Positions 48,071 to 62,094 of a DNA stretch of 64,000 bases are shown here, piece by piece. Within the stretch, counting starts at the first letter, position 1. Every line of letters starts with the position of its first letter. The notes beneath the pieces were generated by a model. The model ran no database searches and was not told the origin of the DNA. It saw only the letters and a list, made by a program, of their open reading frames with translations. The translations under genes and the position numbers were made by a program. Origin of the DNA: Botryllus schlosseri (Eukaryota); NCBI GenBank assembly GCA_051294905.1, contig CM119373.1, forward strand, positions 33,976,001 to 34,040,000. The letters are read 5' to 3'.

Positions 48071-49348
48071 TTACTTCGTGTCAAAATGGACCTGAATGTG
48101 GTTCCTCAAACAAGAACTCCTGACAAATAACCTGCCGCATATTTCACACCCAAAATCTTTCACGTCCAAATGGCTCTTGATATGTTGCCTCAGAGAATGT
48201 TTTTGAACAAACGCTTGACCACACGTTTCGCACTTGAAATCTTTCATATTCAGATGGATACGCATATGCCTATTCAGAGAACACTTTTGGTTAAATGAAA
48301 GGTCGCATCGCTCGCATTTAAAAGATTTCACGCCATAATGGATGAGCATGTGTCGCTGTAGGGATTGCTTTTGACTAAAACGTTTGCCACAGATTTCACA
48401 CTCGAATTTCACATCAAAATGGATGAGAGTGTGTTTTGCCAGATACAGCAGGGTGGTGAACGATTTTCCACATGTCTCACACTCATGTCTCTCATCTTTA
48501 GTATGCGAATGGATGAGTATGTGGCGCGCTAAATCCGGTCCTCGCTTGAACGATTTGCCACATATTTCACACGAAAAATTGTTCACATCCAAATGGATCG
48601 CCATATGTCTTTCCAAACTACTCTCCATGCTATATAATGAGCCACATATTTCACATTTGAACTCTATACCATCAGTGTGCATCCTCGAATGACTTCTCAG
48701 ACAACCTTTCTGTCGGAAAAGTTTACCGCATACTTGGCATTCAAAGCTTTTGGCAGAGTGGATGAGCATATGTGATTCCAAAGACGTCTTTGAGCAGACT
48801 AATTTAGCGCAAATTTCGCACTCGTACTTTTTGATACTGGTAACTGTATTGATGATCCTATGGTTTCTCAAATCTTTTTTTGTGAAGAATGATCTTTCAC
48901 AAACTTCACATTTGAAACTTTTAACGTCAAAATGGTGCACCATGTGATTCTTCAAACCTCTCATTTCTTTTAGAATTTTGCCGCAAATTTCGCACGTGAA
49001 ATTTTTAGTGCTGGAATGGAACTGCATGTGCTTTTTCAGATCATCTCTTTGTCCGAAGGGTAGAGCACAAGTTCTACAGGTCAGAGTTTCGGCACCAGAA
49101 TGGATCAGTAGGTGATGACTCAAATTCCATTTGGAAGATAATGATTTGAAACAAAGTCCACATTGCAAAGGCTTCACGCCAGCGTGTATCAGAGAGTGCT
49201 GACTTAAATGGTATTTACTGGCAAAGGATATAAAACAAAGTTCACATTTGAAAAGGCTCACCGTACAAGTGTGAATCAGCAAGTGCTTTTCCAAATCACT
49301 TTTAGTGCTGTAGAATCGACCGCAAACGTCACATTCGTGGTACGGCAT
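48071..49348 (-). CDS. C2H2 zinc-finger-only protein type B, copy 2, 425 aa from MPYHEC (finger 6 His->Asn)
   Basis: Intact ORF, near-identical to 18769-20046. Confidence 0.92.
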   Translation of the reverse strand: MPYHECDVCGRFYSTKSDLEKHLLIHTCTVSLFKCELCFISFASKYHLSQHSLIHAGVKPLQCGLCFKSLSSKWNLSHHLLIHSGAETLTCRTCALPFGQRDDLKKHMQFHSSTKNFTCEICGKILKEMRGLKNHMVHHFDVKSFKCEVCERSFFTKKDLRNHRIINTVTSIKKYECEICAKLVCSKTSLESHMLIHSAKSFECQVCGKLFRQKGCLRSHSRMHTDGIEFKCEICGSLYSMESSLERHMAIHLDVNNFSCEICGKSFKRGPDLARHILIHSHTKDERHECETCGKSFTTLLYLAKHTLIHFDVKFECEICGKRFSQKQSLQRHMLIHYGVKSFKCERCDLSFNQKCSLNRHMRIHLNMKDFKCETCGQAFVQKHSLRQHIKSHLDVKDFGCEICGRLFVRSSCLRNHIQVHFDTK

Positions 49349-49630
49349 GGCGGAATGAATATACAGTGTTCCTTGTGACTTGCTTTCCCGACTTGCCACA
49401 AATTCGACAAAGCGTCTCCAACTGTGCTCTTCTATGGACTTGCTGCGTGTCTTGTATTTACAGCTCCTGCCAATCGTCCAAATTCTCAAGTCAGTCAAAG
49501 ATAGAAAATTCGAGGTATTGACAAACGACTATGGCCGCAGAGCTGCAGCAGAGATATGCCAACTCATTTATTTATATTCAGCAATCTAAACATAGTAAAC
49601 AGATCCATTATTAAAATTATGTATATTTTG

Positions 49631-52336
49631 CAATGTTAGGATCAAGTGACTACCTTCGAGTCACAAGTCATTTTGAGTCATTGCACATTTTGACTCGAGT
49701 CAAGTCATGTCAATCGATTTTCGAAGGTGACTCGAGTCGAGTCAAGACACTCGATTATTGGCGGTGACTCGAGTCAAGTCGAATCAAGTCAAGTCAAGTT
49801 ACGAGTCAAGTCACAATTCAAGTCAAGTTGCCTTTTCGAAGTATGTGGAATGATTACGTCATTGCATTTCACTAGCTGTCTGATAGACAGGTTGAGTGGT
49901 CATTAATTCTGAATCAATGAACGAATATAGAGTTAAATATACAGGCAAAAAAGCGCTCAATCGCTCACATATACGTACAGCACAGGCTCACTTTATAGTT
50001 ATTAGTTACCAGCGAAAATAGAGAAAAGAATTGATAATATGCAATACACATTGCCTATTTACAAATTGATATAATACAATTCGAGTCCGCGCCAGTGGTT
50101 GAGGACTATATATTATATAGTATATAGCAGTGCTTTTCAACCTGTGTGACGGTTCGCACTGGTGCGAATGAAAAAAATTGCAGTGCGAATGACGAAGGTG
50201 GTGCGAACGGTGCGAATGAAAAATCCGGATGAGTGCGAATGAAAATCGTGAATAATTGTTCATTTTTCTGACGTGAAATACTTCAAATAAACCTAATAGA
50301 AAATGCAAGAGCCGTGTAACGGTTGTAGTTCAGACGCAATTGTAAAAAATTGTTTAACTTGACGCACCACTAATTGTAGCCTTCACAAGCCATGGTGAAT
50401 TATCGCTTTCGCATTATAATTATTACGTAATCAAAAGCCTGGTTTAGAAGTTGGTGTACTTGAAGACATACAGTTATATTTGTTGAACTTATTGCAAAGA
50501 TCCTGCCATAGTTTTTACATATCCACGGGCACTGTGTTGGTTAGTGTAGTCAATAAGCGAGACACGCAGAAAATGTGGCTTGATCATGAAAATCAGCCGA
50601 CTTTTGGGTTGAATTCATGATAAGATTTGTCCGAATGTTTTTTTTTTCTTTTCTGGAATACATGGACGAAGACCGTTATGATGAACTAGTGTAGGGGTGT
50701 GAAACAAGCGAGTTCAGGCCTATGAGATTCAGTCATTTTGAGGCCAACACCTTCTGCGTCGGATCACATGAACGCGTGAAGTTTTCGCCAACATACCGCT
50801 GATAAAATGAGGAGCTGCTGATAAAATACGGCCCCAAACACATCAGAGGCGACAAAACCCTAGCCAAAAATCGCCGTCGCTGGATGGCCAAACCTTTCCG
50901 TATGGATATTATCCGTTGTCGACACGGAATAGTCCCGTTCTTGCAATCTGACGAGACAGTAGTACAAATGCCACACACATCAGAGGCATTTACTTCACCC
51001 TAATTTGAAATCGCGTGCGTCAGACATATTTTATAGAGCTGTGCTGGGTAGAATTGTGGTGTGCGCGTTCTGTATGTCATACATGCTCGTAAAATCGTAG
51101 CATACTACTCTAATACTAAAAATTAATTCCTTTTCATGGGTGAGGCTCGGGTTGCGAGATGCCACAAAAATTCAGATTTTGGTGGTAGTCTAAAAATCTG
51201 CTTTAAGGTTATTAAACTGTTATGAATATTCAAGTAAGATTGAACTAAAGAGTCGATCAAACAGTATCGTGACTTTGTTTGATCTTCTCATATACTCACG
51301 AGACAGACAATGGGATATCGAAAGAAAAAAACAGAACTCAAGTTGAAGCAACGTATCATAAGGCAGCGAGCTCTAATATGCCTACTCTCCTTGACGGTAT
51401 TAGAGCTTATTTTCCAAGACATCAGGCACAAGCCTCAACACAAGCATGTGGATTTTTCACCCTTTCGACAAACAGGAGCCTCCGGGACCCTTGTGTCATC
51501 ACTCAAAAACGATTTCTGCGAGCTAGCGTTTTTCACTCGCGGAAAATACGCTGTATTTTGGATAGAAGTGCAGAACAGTTTTTAAGACCTGGCCATCCAA
51601 GCACTATGGTAGGCGTTATTGTACAAAATCTGCCGAGAAGCGTTTTAGAGAAATAGTTGAAATCAAAACGAGGGAAAAGAGTTGCCTTTTTAATGAGACA
51701 CTTCCTAGCCTAACAGTTATAATAGCCAATTTGTTGCACATCTGAACAGAATATTCTTATGTATCTACATCTTCTTTTTGTGTAGCAATTTTCGGTACGC
51801 TTGTGCGAATGAAATTTATTTTCCAAAAAAAGTGCGAATGAAGCTCAGAAAGGTTGAAAAGCACTGGTATATAGTATATAAACTATATTCGAATTCAATT
51901 TCAACCAAACAATAGGTTTGGTTAGGGTAAGAACAGAAAACAGAAATATACATTTTGCTATTAAATTACTTTACTATGCTAGTTTACGACAACATAGGCT
52001 GAAAGTTTCGATCACTTCATTTGCGATCAATTTAATTGTGAGAGAATAATGGAGAATCAGTGCAACGCACGATCATTCAATGATTGATCGATGTCACGAG
52101 TTACACCAGCATTTCCCGATAGATCCGATCATATGCAAGATACAGTGATTTTTATCGATCACGATTACTTGATGACTTGAAATTGACTCGTGAATTTTCC
52201 TCCGAGTCACAAGTCAATCCACATTTCTGATGCGCCGAGTAAAGTCAAGTCATATCCGCGAAGTGACTCGAGTCAAGTAAAGTCATTCCAAAAAGGTGAC
52301 TCGAGTCAAGTCATTACTCGAGTCATCACAACACTG
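49631..52336. mobile_element. Copy of the 20329-21217 MITE interrupted by a nested hAT element
   Basis: TSD ATATTTTG / ACATTTTG; same termini. Confidence 0.85.
50128..51866. mobile_element. Non-autonomous hAT Buster/Charlie element, 1739 bp
   Basis: 16-bp TIR CAGTGCTTTTCAACCT / AGGTTGAAAAGCACTG; perfect TSD GTATATAG; empty site at ~20755; subterminal GTGCGAATGAA repeats. Confidence 0.92.
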
Positions 52337-53324
52337 ACATTTTGTTTGTGGAAACCGACTGCAGCAGTGATAAAATGATATTTATATTCAAGGCTGACAT
52401 TACACAATGATATTTCTATTAGAATTGACTGTAAAATTGCAGTGTGATTTTGTCTATCTCGTCAAAAAACGGGCAAAACACATCAAGCGGTCCCAAGAAG
52501 TTGACAATTCTCAAAGTTTTCGCTGTGACGTCTTTAGTTTTAAAGACCCATATTCTGAAGAAATGAAAATGCTTCTGGCGTAAAATGAGTGCATTCAAAA
52601 CAAGGTCTATCGTCACATTCATCATTTATGTAGTGAAGCGGGGTTCAATACGTGTAAGATATATGTAGTCACTATATCGAGCAACATATCACAAAACATG
52701 CATGCACATGAACATTTTGGGTTTTGGCGAAGTCGAAGTAAAAGTCCACAAGTTGTTCTACGGTGTAATACAATGCAGGAATACACAGTTGATCAGAAAT
52801 ACAGAAAATCTGCTAAAATTAGGCTAGTACTGAAAATAATCGCTGGACACAATGATTCGAGTACTCAAAATCTGAATCGAGTAACTATAACGATTAGAGA
52901 CGAGTAGTGAGATTAAGTTGTTCCAAGTACTGAAGTTACGAGTTCCTGGCTACTGTGAGTAATTTATCAACGGGAATTATAGTGTTAATAAGGGATATGA
53001 GATATCCGTGAAGTCATGATCAGCAGACACCACTGTCAAAATGTACAATGAAATAGGTATGGTAGGAAAATTACCATATATCGTTTAATGTGATGTGGAA
53101 GTGGCACTGTATTTTTGTGGTCGCAACAAGCGTACATATTTTATCTTTCCACATCATCCATGCTGCTGTGACATCATTATCGGTGATACTAGAATACTCG
53201 ACTCGACGTCTAATGCTCGATTTAGGATCCAATCATTCAAGTGTTGAAATTTGCCAAGCCCTACAGACAAGGCCTGTGATATTATGAGGAATGCGAAAAT
53301 GCAACATCGAAATCAACTCTAAAC

Positions 53325-53867
53325 CAGTGTTGTAATGACTTGAGTCATGATTCGAGTCAAGTTAGACCCAAGTCGCGATTTTCGGTGACTTGACCGCACT
53401 CGAATCATTTTTTCAAACGAGTAAAATGACTCGACTCAATATTTCTGTTGCCTAGACTTGTACTTGAACCAAGACGTATGGCTCGAGACTAGGACAGACA
53501 TATATCATTGTAACATAGAAGAATAAAGTTAACACATTATTGGTATTTCGTATATAAGTCCCGATACTCGGGAAATTGGGCCACAAACTGTTAAAACTAA
53601 AGAAAATTACTATATTATGAATGTAAGCCATTCTATATCACACGAGCAGAGTTGCAAAAGTAGGTTGAAGCAGACAGACTGAGAACTGAACATAATGACT
53701 TGGAATCAAGTCACAACACTATGACTCTGACTTGACCCTCTACAAGCTGTCTTGGCCTCGGACTTGACTCGATCGTGAATTGAAAACGACTCGGCTTGAC
53801 TCGAGTCAAAACTATAAGAGTGAGATTGACTTGTGACTCGGAACCTTTTGATATGGTTTCAACCCTA
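53325..53867. mobile_element. Copy of the 22197-22689 MITE
   Basis: Same termini and flanks. Confidence 0.7.
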
Positions 53868-54340
53868 CCTCAAACCTCAAATGCAGTGGTTCGGACAATC
53901 ATTGGTTTTGTTTGCCAGCGGCTGGATTTTGGGAGAGAGCCAGCAGGAAAGTAATCCAGACCCAAATTGTGTAAGATCAGCGGTGTAACCAATGAATTGA
54001 CGTAGCGACCATAAAATATTGAAAACCTTCCAGACATTTAAATTGCGCTTTTTGTCTATTTTTATCCCACGCAGTAACAATTTGATTGGCTCAAAGTAAC
54101 ACGAGAGCGCAACACTACAAAATCGAGGGAAATTGGAGAGGAAAGAACACGTAGTCTGAATCGGCTGGGCTTAAAGATAGAGAGAAAGCGTCATTAACAC
54201 ACTTCTATAAAACAATGGGTAACGGACAAAAAATTAAAGAAAATGTCCATGCTTTCTCGCAAGATGTATACAAAACCAAACGCAAGATGTGTGCAAAATC
54301 ACTAATTTTAAAAATTTGATCCGTTAACCGTTTTGTGGCA

Positions 54341-55730
54341 TCACAAGATGATTGCCGAAGCATGGATTCTATTATTCAGATATTCCGGGTCATCACTATG
54401 GAAGTCTATCAACGTACTCAACAAATTAGTTTTCGGATTGAACTCGAGGATATCATCGCAGAGCATTTCATCATTGTATCCACCACATATGAATATCTTT
54501 CCGAGAATACAATGAGTTTTGAAATCCATTCGCTTCCATCCAGGCTTTTGAACTGGAATTATCGTCCACATACTTTCAGCACTGGGTAGCCAAAGAATGT
54601 CGGTTGCACACATACTGTTCACAGTTTTTCCGCCAAGAAGGTAAATGTCCTTATTCAATGTGCATGCACTTGCATGAGTTCTCTGAACTGGCAATGATGG
54701 TCCATGTGACCAAGTAGATGCTGAAAAGTTGAAACATTACACATCCAGCACAAATTTTGATGAAAATATATCAAAACCACCAATTGCGTAAAGCTCGTCC
54801 TTAGATATCGTGAAGGCAGACGCATCCACAATGGATTGCTTGTTAGGAAGCTTCGACCACTTGTTATTGATTGTGTCATATTGGGCCAAAGACTCGATCC
54901 GATTATGACTTGCTAAATAAAATTTCCCTGATTTACGTGCAACTACTTCACCGTATCGGTATTCTGGTAATGGACGTTCAAGTTTTATCCAGGGTGAATC
55001 ATGTTCAAGAAAATTACGACGGTAGAAATCAGAATTGGTATCAATGACATATATGTAGCAGTCCATCACAACTATCGCGTTAAATCGTGTCATACTATCG
55101 TTATAATTGAAACGACGCTGCTCGATCAAAGACATTCTGTCCATGTCAAACCACATAAAACGTTTCAATTTTCCGTTCGTCATTATAATGCCAGGTGTGC
55201 AGTCACCTTTGTAATCACTGGCTTCTACATCTGATTTCTCAGGTAGTGACTTCATGATGTACATCATGCATTCGGTAGATTTGGCAACAGTAAGTTGCTG
55301 AGATAAAAATTTACGATAGTAGGTAGGAATTTTTTCCAGGTTCATTACATCATAAAGTTGATTGGATCGATCCAAGTTGTCGTTGAACCAAATCATAGAG
55401 GCTTTGCACTTGATAACATCCAACACATTCAAATCTTCAGAGGAAACAAATACTCCATGAAATCGAACTCAAGTTCTTTGACATAGGCCGTTTTCATGAT
55501 CAAATGAAAGTGATCGCGAGCAAAATTTCTGCATTCTTGCTGTAATTGTTGACAAAATTACTTATCAGCAATATGTCAAGATCTTTCTCCAGAAAAAGTG
55601 AAATGGCATCGCATACTCCATTAATTCCAAACAATTGCGCCACAAACATTAGTTTTTCCGTTTTTCGAATCAGAAAAGAAGCTTGTCCAGTGTATACATG
55701 ATTTCAATGCAGGTCCAGAAGATGCTCCAT
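54341..55730 (-). pseudogene. BTB-BACK-Kelch pseudogene type E, copy 2
   Basis: Shares the BTB deletion, TA insertion and FVLDV* nonsense with E1; lacks the E1-specific stop at 23742. Confidence 0.9.
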
Positions 55731-57194
55731 CACAGTCGACTAGTTCCGAGTCAACCCAAAATATGTAGCTAATTCTAGCACTTTGAGATAGGACACCAAA
55801 TTCCGATTCTGAAAAATCATACACATGGTCAGTACAGTCGTGTGCAAGAACGAGTTTGGTCTTGAAGGTATACGAATATTGGCCAGAATCGAAATTGAAA
55901 ATAGCTTGGACAGTATATTTCAACAATACTTTCATCATTTTCCTTACAATTGAATACGAGAGAAAGTATATTCAAAGATGTCAGCGGAAAACAGTATCTT
56001 AAGGCTTTAGAAATTTGAACATGAGTGATCGGGTCACGGTAGATACTATTAGTTGCACAAATGAAAACGTACAGAGCAATGCACATTCTGTGATTGATGA
56101 AATCTAAGAAATGTCAATGCCTTGTTGTGCGGTATGTAATAAAATTCAGGAATACACAGTTGATCCAAAATAGAGAAATTTGAATAAAATTTGGCTAGCA
56201 CTGAAAATAACGGCTGAACACAATGATTGGAGTACTCAAATCGTAATCGAGTATTAATTATATTGATTTGAGTCGAGTTGAAGATAAAATTGTTTCCAGC
56301 ATTGAAATTACGTGTTCCTAGCCCCTATGAGTAACTTATCAGCAGGAATTATAGTTTTAATAGTGGATGTGAGATATTTATGAAGCCACGATCATGATCA
56401 ACTCACACCACTGCCAAAAAGTGCAATGAAACAGGAATGGCAGAAAAATACCGTCTTTGATGTGATGTAGAGCTGGCATTGTATTTTTGCAGTTGCAAGA
56501 AACGTACATATTTCAATTTTTCACATCATTCAAACTGCTGTGATATAATTATCAATGATACTTGAATACTCGACTCAGCGCCTGATGCTCGATTCAGAAT
56601 GACAGGCGCTCGATTCAGAATCAGATCATTCAAGGACTAAATTTCGCTCAGCCATACTGACCAGGTATGTGACGGTACGAGAAATGCAAAAACGCTACAA
56701 CGAAATCAATCCTAAATCATAAATGCAGTACTCAAGGCCATCATTAGTTCTTGTTTGCAAACAGCTGAATTTTGGGAGGAGCCAGCAAAAAATGAATCCA
56801 AACCCACGTTCTGCAAGATCAGCGATGTAACCAATCATTTGGTGTGGCGAACGAAACAAATATTGAAAACCTTCCGGACATTTAATCTGAGCTTTTTGTA
56901 TCTTTGTTCATACAGAGTAACATTTTGATGGGCTCAAAATATCACGCGAGTCCAAAACTACCAAATCAAGAGTAATGCGAAATGAAGGGTTAAATAGTTA
57001 AAATCATATGGACTTACGGATAGTGAATCGAAGAATGGAGGAAGAACCATCCACACAAGTTTACAAAATCACAGATAACGGACGGAAAACTGAAGGCAAG
57101 AGCCATGCTTTCTCGTAAGTTGTATACAAAATCAGGGGCAAGCTATATGCAAAATCACGAATTTTAGAATTTGATCCGTTAACGTTTTGTGGCG

Positions 57195-58835
57195 TTACAA
57201 GATAATTGCCGCTGCATAGAATTCATGCATATTCAAGTCATGGCTATTCAAGTCCATCACAGTCCTCAACAAATTAGTTTTGGGATTGAACTCGAGGATA
57301 CTTTTGCAGCGACTCGGCATCATGTCACCACGGGATCCACCACATACGTATATCTTTCCGCCAATGCAATAAGTACTTAAATTTGAACGCTCCAATTCAG
57401 GTTCTTGTACTGGAATTATCGTCCATATACTTTCATCACTGGGTAGCAGAAAAATGTCGTTGACATACTCATAGTTCACAGTTCTTCCACCAACAAGGTA
57501 GATGGCCTTATTATATGAACATGCACTTGCCATAGCTTTCTCAACCGGTAATGATGGTCCAACTGACCAAGTAGACGTTGAAAAGTTGAAACATTCCACA
57601 TCCAGCGCAAAGGTTGTATGATATGCATCAAAACCACCAATTACATGAAGTTTATCCTGAGATATAGTGTAGGCAGACAAACACAATCTGGATTGCTTCT
57701 TGGGAAGCTTCGACCACTTGTTATTGATTGTGTCATATTGGGCCAAAGACTCAAGACATGTAAAATATAATATACCGGGCTTACGTGCAACTACAGTATT
57801 GTATCCAAAAAATGCAGATTCAAGTTTTCTCCAGGGTGAATCATTTTCAAGAAAATTACGACAGTACAAATCCCACTTGTCATCAACGACATATATGTAG
57901 CAGTCCATCACAACTACCATGAGAAATGGCCTCAAACTAACTTCAGCATTGAAATGTCGCTGCTCTGTCAAAGACTCTCTGTCCATGTCAAACCACATAA
58001 GACGAGAAACATCCTCCTTCACTATTATAATATTCGGAGTACAGTCACCTTTGTAATCACTGGCTTCTACATCTGACTTCTCCGGTAGTGACTTCATGAT
58101 GTGCATCATGCATTCGGTGGATTTAGCAACAGTTGGTTGCTGAGATAAAAATTTACGATAGTAGACAGGGATTTTCTCCAGGTCGATATACTTCAGTAAT
58201 TCAAAAAGTTGATCAGCGCGATCCAGATCCTCATTCACCCAAATCAATGACGCTTTGCACTTAATAACATCCAACACATGCAAATCTTCAGAGCATATCA
58301 AATCCTCAAGGAAATCGAACTCAAGTTCCTTGAAATCAGCAGTTTTCATGATCGAATGAAAGTGATCACGAGCAAAACTTCTGCATGCTTGCTGTAATTG
58401 TTGACAGGAATATTTATCGGCAATACTTCTGGTGTCGAAAAACGAGTCCACGTCAAGATTTTGATCCAAGAAAAGCGACATCGCATCGCATACCTTATTA
58501 ATTCCAAACAAATGCGCCACATACATTAGTTTTTCCGTTTTTCTAATCAGAAAAGACGCTTGTCCCCGGTACATGATATCAATGCAGGTCATCACACATT
58601 CAGGATCTACATGCTTTAAATCAACCATTCCCAACATGTTCTCTTTTGTGTCGTGATTGAGCATCTTAGCAAAATACTCAGAACTTGCGGCAATGACGCA
58701 CTTGTGAACAGAGATCTCCTTTTCTCCCACTTTTATAATGAAGTCGCAATACTGTTGATTGATTCTGAACTCATCAAATTTCGATAGAAGGTCGAGGGCA
58801 TGGCCCGACTTGCCAATATCCAGAAGATGTTCCAT
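57195..58835 (-). CDS. BTB-BACK-Kelch protein type C, copy 3, 546 aa
   Basis: Intact ORF. Confidence 0.93.
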   Translation of the reverse strand: MEHLLDIGKSGHALDLLSKFDEFRINQQYCDFIIKVGEKEISVHKCVIAASSEYFAKMLNHDTKENMLGMVDLKHVDPECVMTCIDIMYRGQASFLIRKTEKLMYVAHLFGINKVCDAMSLFLDQNLDVDSFFDTRSIADKYSCQQLQQACRSFARDHFHSIMKTADFKELEFDFLEDLICSEDLHVLDVIKCKASLIWVNEDLDRADQLFELLKYIDLEKIPVYYRKFLSQQPTVAKSTECMMHIMKSLPEKSDVEASDYKGDCTPNIIIVKEDVSRLMWFDMDRESLTEQRHFNAEVSLRPFLMVVVMDCYIYVVDDKWDLYCRNFLENDSPWRKLESAFFGYNTVVARKPGILYFTCLESLAQYDTINNKWSKLPKKQSRLCLSAYTISQDKLHVIGGFDAYHTTFALDVECFNFSTSTWSVGPSLPVEKAMASACSYNKAIYLVGGRTVNYEYVNDIFLLPSDESIWTIIPVQEPELERSNLSTYCIGGKIYVCGGSRGDMMPSRCKSILEFNPKTNLLRTVMDLNSHDLNMHEFYAAAIIL

Positions 58836-58934
58836 CACAGTTGACTAGTTTATAGCCAAAATATATACCTCACTCAAAAACTTTAGAATAATATCTGTAG
58901 CCTAACTGTAACATGATACACAAGGTTAGATTAG

Positions 58935-59826
58935 CAGTGTTGGGATCAAGTCACCACCTTCGAGTCACGAGTCATTGCATATTTTGACTCGAGTCAAGTC
59001 AAGGTAATCGATTTTCAAAGGTGATTTGGGTCAAGTCAAGTCACTCGAATGTTGGAGGTGACTCGAGTCAAGTCGTGTCAAGTCAAGTCGAGTTGCCTTT
59101 TCGAAGTATGAGGCATGATTATGTCATTGCATTTTGTTAGCTGTCTGAAATACAGATTAAGTGGTCATTATTCTGAACTGATGAACGAATATAAATATAC
59201 ACGCAAGATGGTGCTGTATCGCTCACGTATACGTACAGCTGTTGAACTACGTAAGTAATTGCATAGCCTCAGTTTATAGTTACCAGCCAAAATAGAGAAT
59301 AGAGAGACGAATTGATAAGATGGAATGCATTACCAATGTATACATATTGATATGATACGATTCGAGTCGACTCCAATGGTTGAGTAAACTATATTTCAAT
59401 TCATTTTCAATAAAACAAGAGGTTTGGTTAAGGTAAGAACAGGGAACAGAAATATATAATTTACTATTCAATTACTTTACTACTTGTTCACGACAACATA
59501 AGTTGTTAACTTCGAACACTTCTTTTGTGGTCAATTTATTTGTGAGTGAACAATGTGAACAACTCAGTAAAACGCACCATAATTAAATGATTGGTCGCTC
59601 TCACGGTTTACACCAGCGTTTCGCGAACAATCTGAACATATGCAAGATTCATTGATTTTTATCGACACCGATAATGTTATGACTTGAAATTGACTCGTGA
59701 ATTTTTCACCGAGTCATGAGTCAATCAACATTTCTGATATGCCAAGTCAAGTCAAGTCATTTTAGCAAAGTGAGCGGAGTTAAGTCAAGTCATAGGAAAA
59801 AGGTGACTCGAGTCATACCAACACTG
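58935..59826. mobile_element. Copy of the 27743-28653 MITE
   Basis: TIR CAGTGTTGG / CCAACACTG; TSD TAGATTAG / GAGATTAG. Confidence 0.88.
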
Positions 59827-61455
59827 GAGATTAGTTGTACTTTCGGTATCATCATATTCGGAAGAAAATGGAATCCCACATGTCATCGATGAATATTATA
59901 GGGCAAAGCACATTTTTGGGTCTCAACAAAATCTGAGAAGAAATCCCTACTTTATTCTACAGAAAGCCAATAAAACACAGACATGTACAGTGGACACAAA
60001 AAGATGGCAAAAAGGTACCTACATAGTAACAGGCAAGCCAAATCGTATGGGAAAAACTTTTTACAGTAAGTAACAAAAACGTACTATAAAATTGTAGTTT
60101 GTGATGCTGAACTAGAGTGTCAGGAGAACCGACTTATAGTACTTGAACGAGTTACACATTTTGAAAATCTTTCCAGCATCCACTAACAAGTAGTGCCGAG
60201 CACAATTTTGTTCAGTTCATCAAGAATTTTCATCAATTCAAAACACCACAAGACTGCGATGCAATGAAAAAGAGGAAGGTCTCGATACGATTTGGTGTAG
60301 TCTTTGAAATCAGACACCTACCCAGGCCTAGGCAAAGTAAAGGGAAGGCATGCACACTGAACGAAGAGCAAAAGAAGATAATACAAAAAGACAAGCGAAA
60401 AAATGAGGTGGCATGTGACGGAATGCGAGATCAATATGTCAGGTCATGGTCTGGAACACATGAAGGCTGACTAGTATTCATTCAGTAGAAATTGATTGTA
60501 TTTCGACTTAAATGTGGACACACTCGAGGAATGTTGGATTGCAGACTTGATGATTCAAGTGCTCTAATCCAAACCCTGTAAAAAATGTTATGATCCGAGT
60601 CGAGAAGTGGCAGACGATTAATTTTCGAGTACTGAGATCATACATCGTTTTGCATTAAAGAATATATCATTAACGACATTTAGAGTGACGATGCTATTTT
60701 CTCAACGTAGAAGCGTCAAAACCGGATTCGCAGCACCTAAAACTCATTGCACAGAGCCACGCAGGTTGCTGGTGATTAAATTTCCGCCAAGTCATGATCA
60801 ACCGACAGCATTGTCACAAAGTGAAAAAACACCAAATTATCTATATGAGGTGTAAAACTGCCCTTATTTTTGTGGCTGCATTATAGGTAGCCTACATGAA
60901 CATTACCGATGATTATAGTTCTATGATGAAATATTAAATGATACTTGAATATACACCTGGTGCGCAATCTATTAACTCAGGTACCAAGCCCTATTAACAA
61001 GCGTAGAACAAACTTCAAAATTTTCAAGCATGGGTATGATACATGTAGGCCTTCATGGAACATAGAGCGAGAAATATAGAAATGTAGTATGAAAATACAC
61101 AAGAAACAAACAGAAAGACGGTATGAAAATGGGCATGTAATGAAAATTGATGAGCACATGACGCTGCACAGTTGGCTTGCTTGATAACAAAACTTGCTTA
61201 TCGTGAAGATTTAAATGAATACTGTGATTCTACATGCATCTGTTATCTTTATTTCGACAGCTTTGAATTTAAAGAAAATGGTTCATGTACCAATACTTAA
61301 TGTTAATAACTGTGAAGTTTATGCTCATCGTTTCACTACCAATGTGGTGAAAGTAGAAATGGAATTAACGCTGTATATTTTGCTGAATTACAAATAGAAG
61401 TAGCAATATCCATTATCCAAGACATGTCAAAACAAAAAATGACTGATGACACAAC

Positions 61456-61939
61456 CAGGGTCGTGATGAATCGAGTCGCAAATTTCCGTTAACTGGACTT
61501 GACTCTTGAGTCATTTTATGTATTGACTCGACTTTTACTACAGTCATTGTGAATGACTCAAACAAGTTATAAGACTAGAGCCTTTATATATGGATTGTTT
61601 CAAGTCTCGTGTAACAGGAACGATACCAGAAAAATAGGCCAAGATCAATTGCTTCGTACGTTTATTTAGACATGTTAAGACTTGATAAAAATGAGTTTCT
61701 TTTGAAATGGGGCCTTCGATATCACCAAATAGCTTTTAAAAAGTCGAGTTGAAGTAGACTTGATCTCAGAAAACGGAACTCTATGGCTTGTATTTGAGTC
61801 TGAAGACTATGACTCGACTACACCATTTTTTCTTTGAGCCGGACTAGGACTTGGGCTGGCGGTAAGTTTTAAATGACTCGACTTCACTCGAGCAAAATCT
61901 CTACAAGTAATATTGACTTGTGACTTGGCTACAACCCTA
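61456..61939. mobile_element. hAT-type MITE (GACTC family)
   Basis: Perfect TSD GACACAAC. Confidence 0.85.
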
Positions 61940-62094
61940 GACACAACACAGAAGAGTCTTCAAAAATAGAACACGTTGATAAATCTATGCGGTTATTATG
62001 ACAATTTCACTCACAAATGTGGTGCAACTGTAAAACTAAAACAATACAGAACTCACGGTGATCTGTATCACGACATGAAGACAATGCCTTATTG

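Noticed and set aside
51279-51656. ORF containing RHQAQAST, faintly like a hAT transposase C-terminus
   Set aside because: Similarity is too short and no catalytic motifs are seen; the element is treated as non-autonomous.
5929-58835. Poxvirus or other giant-virus origin of the intronless BTB-Kelch array
   Set aside because: No viral core genes; host-type TEs, putative splice signals and C2H2 arrays point to a cellular locus. A phylogeny would be needed to exclude it fully.
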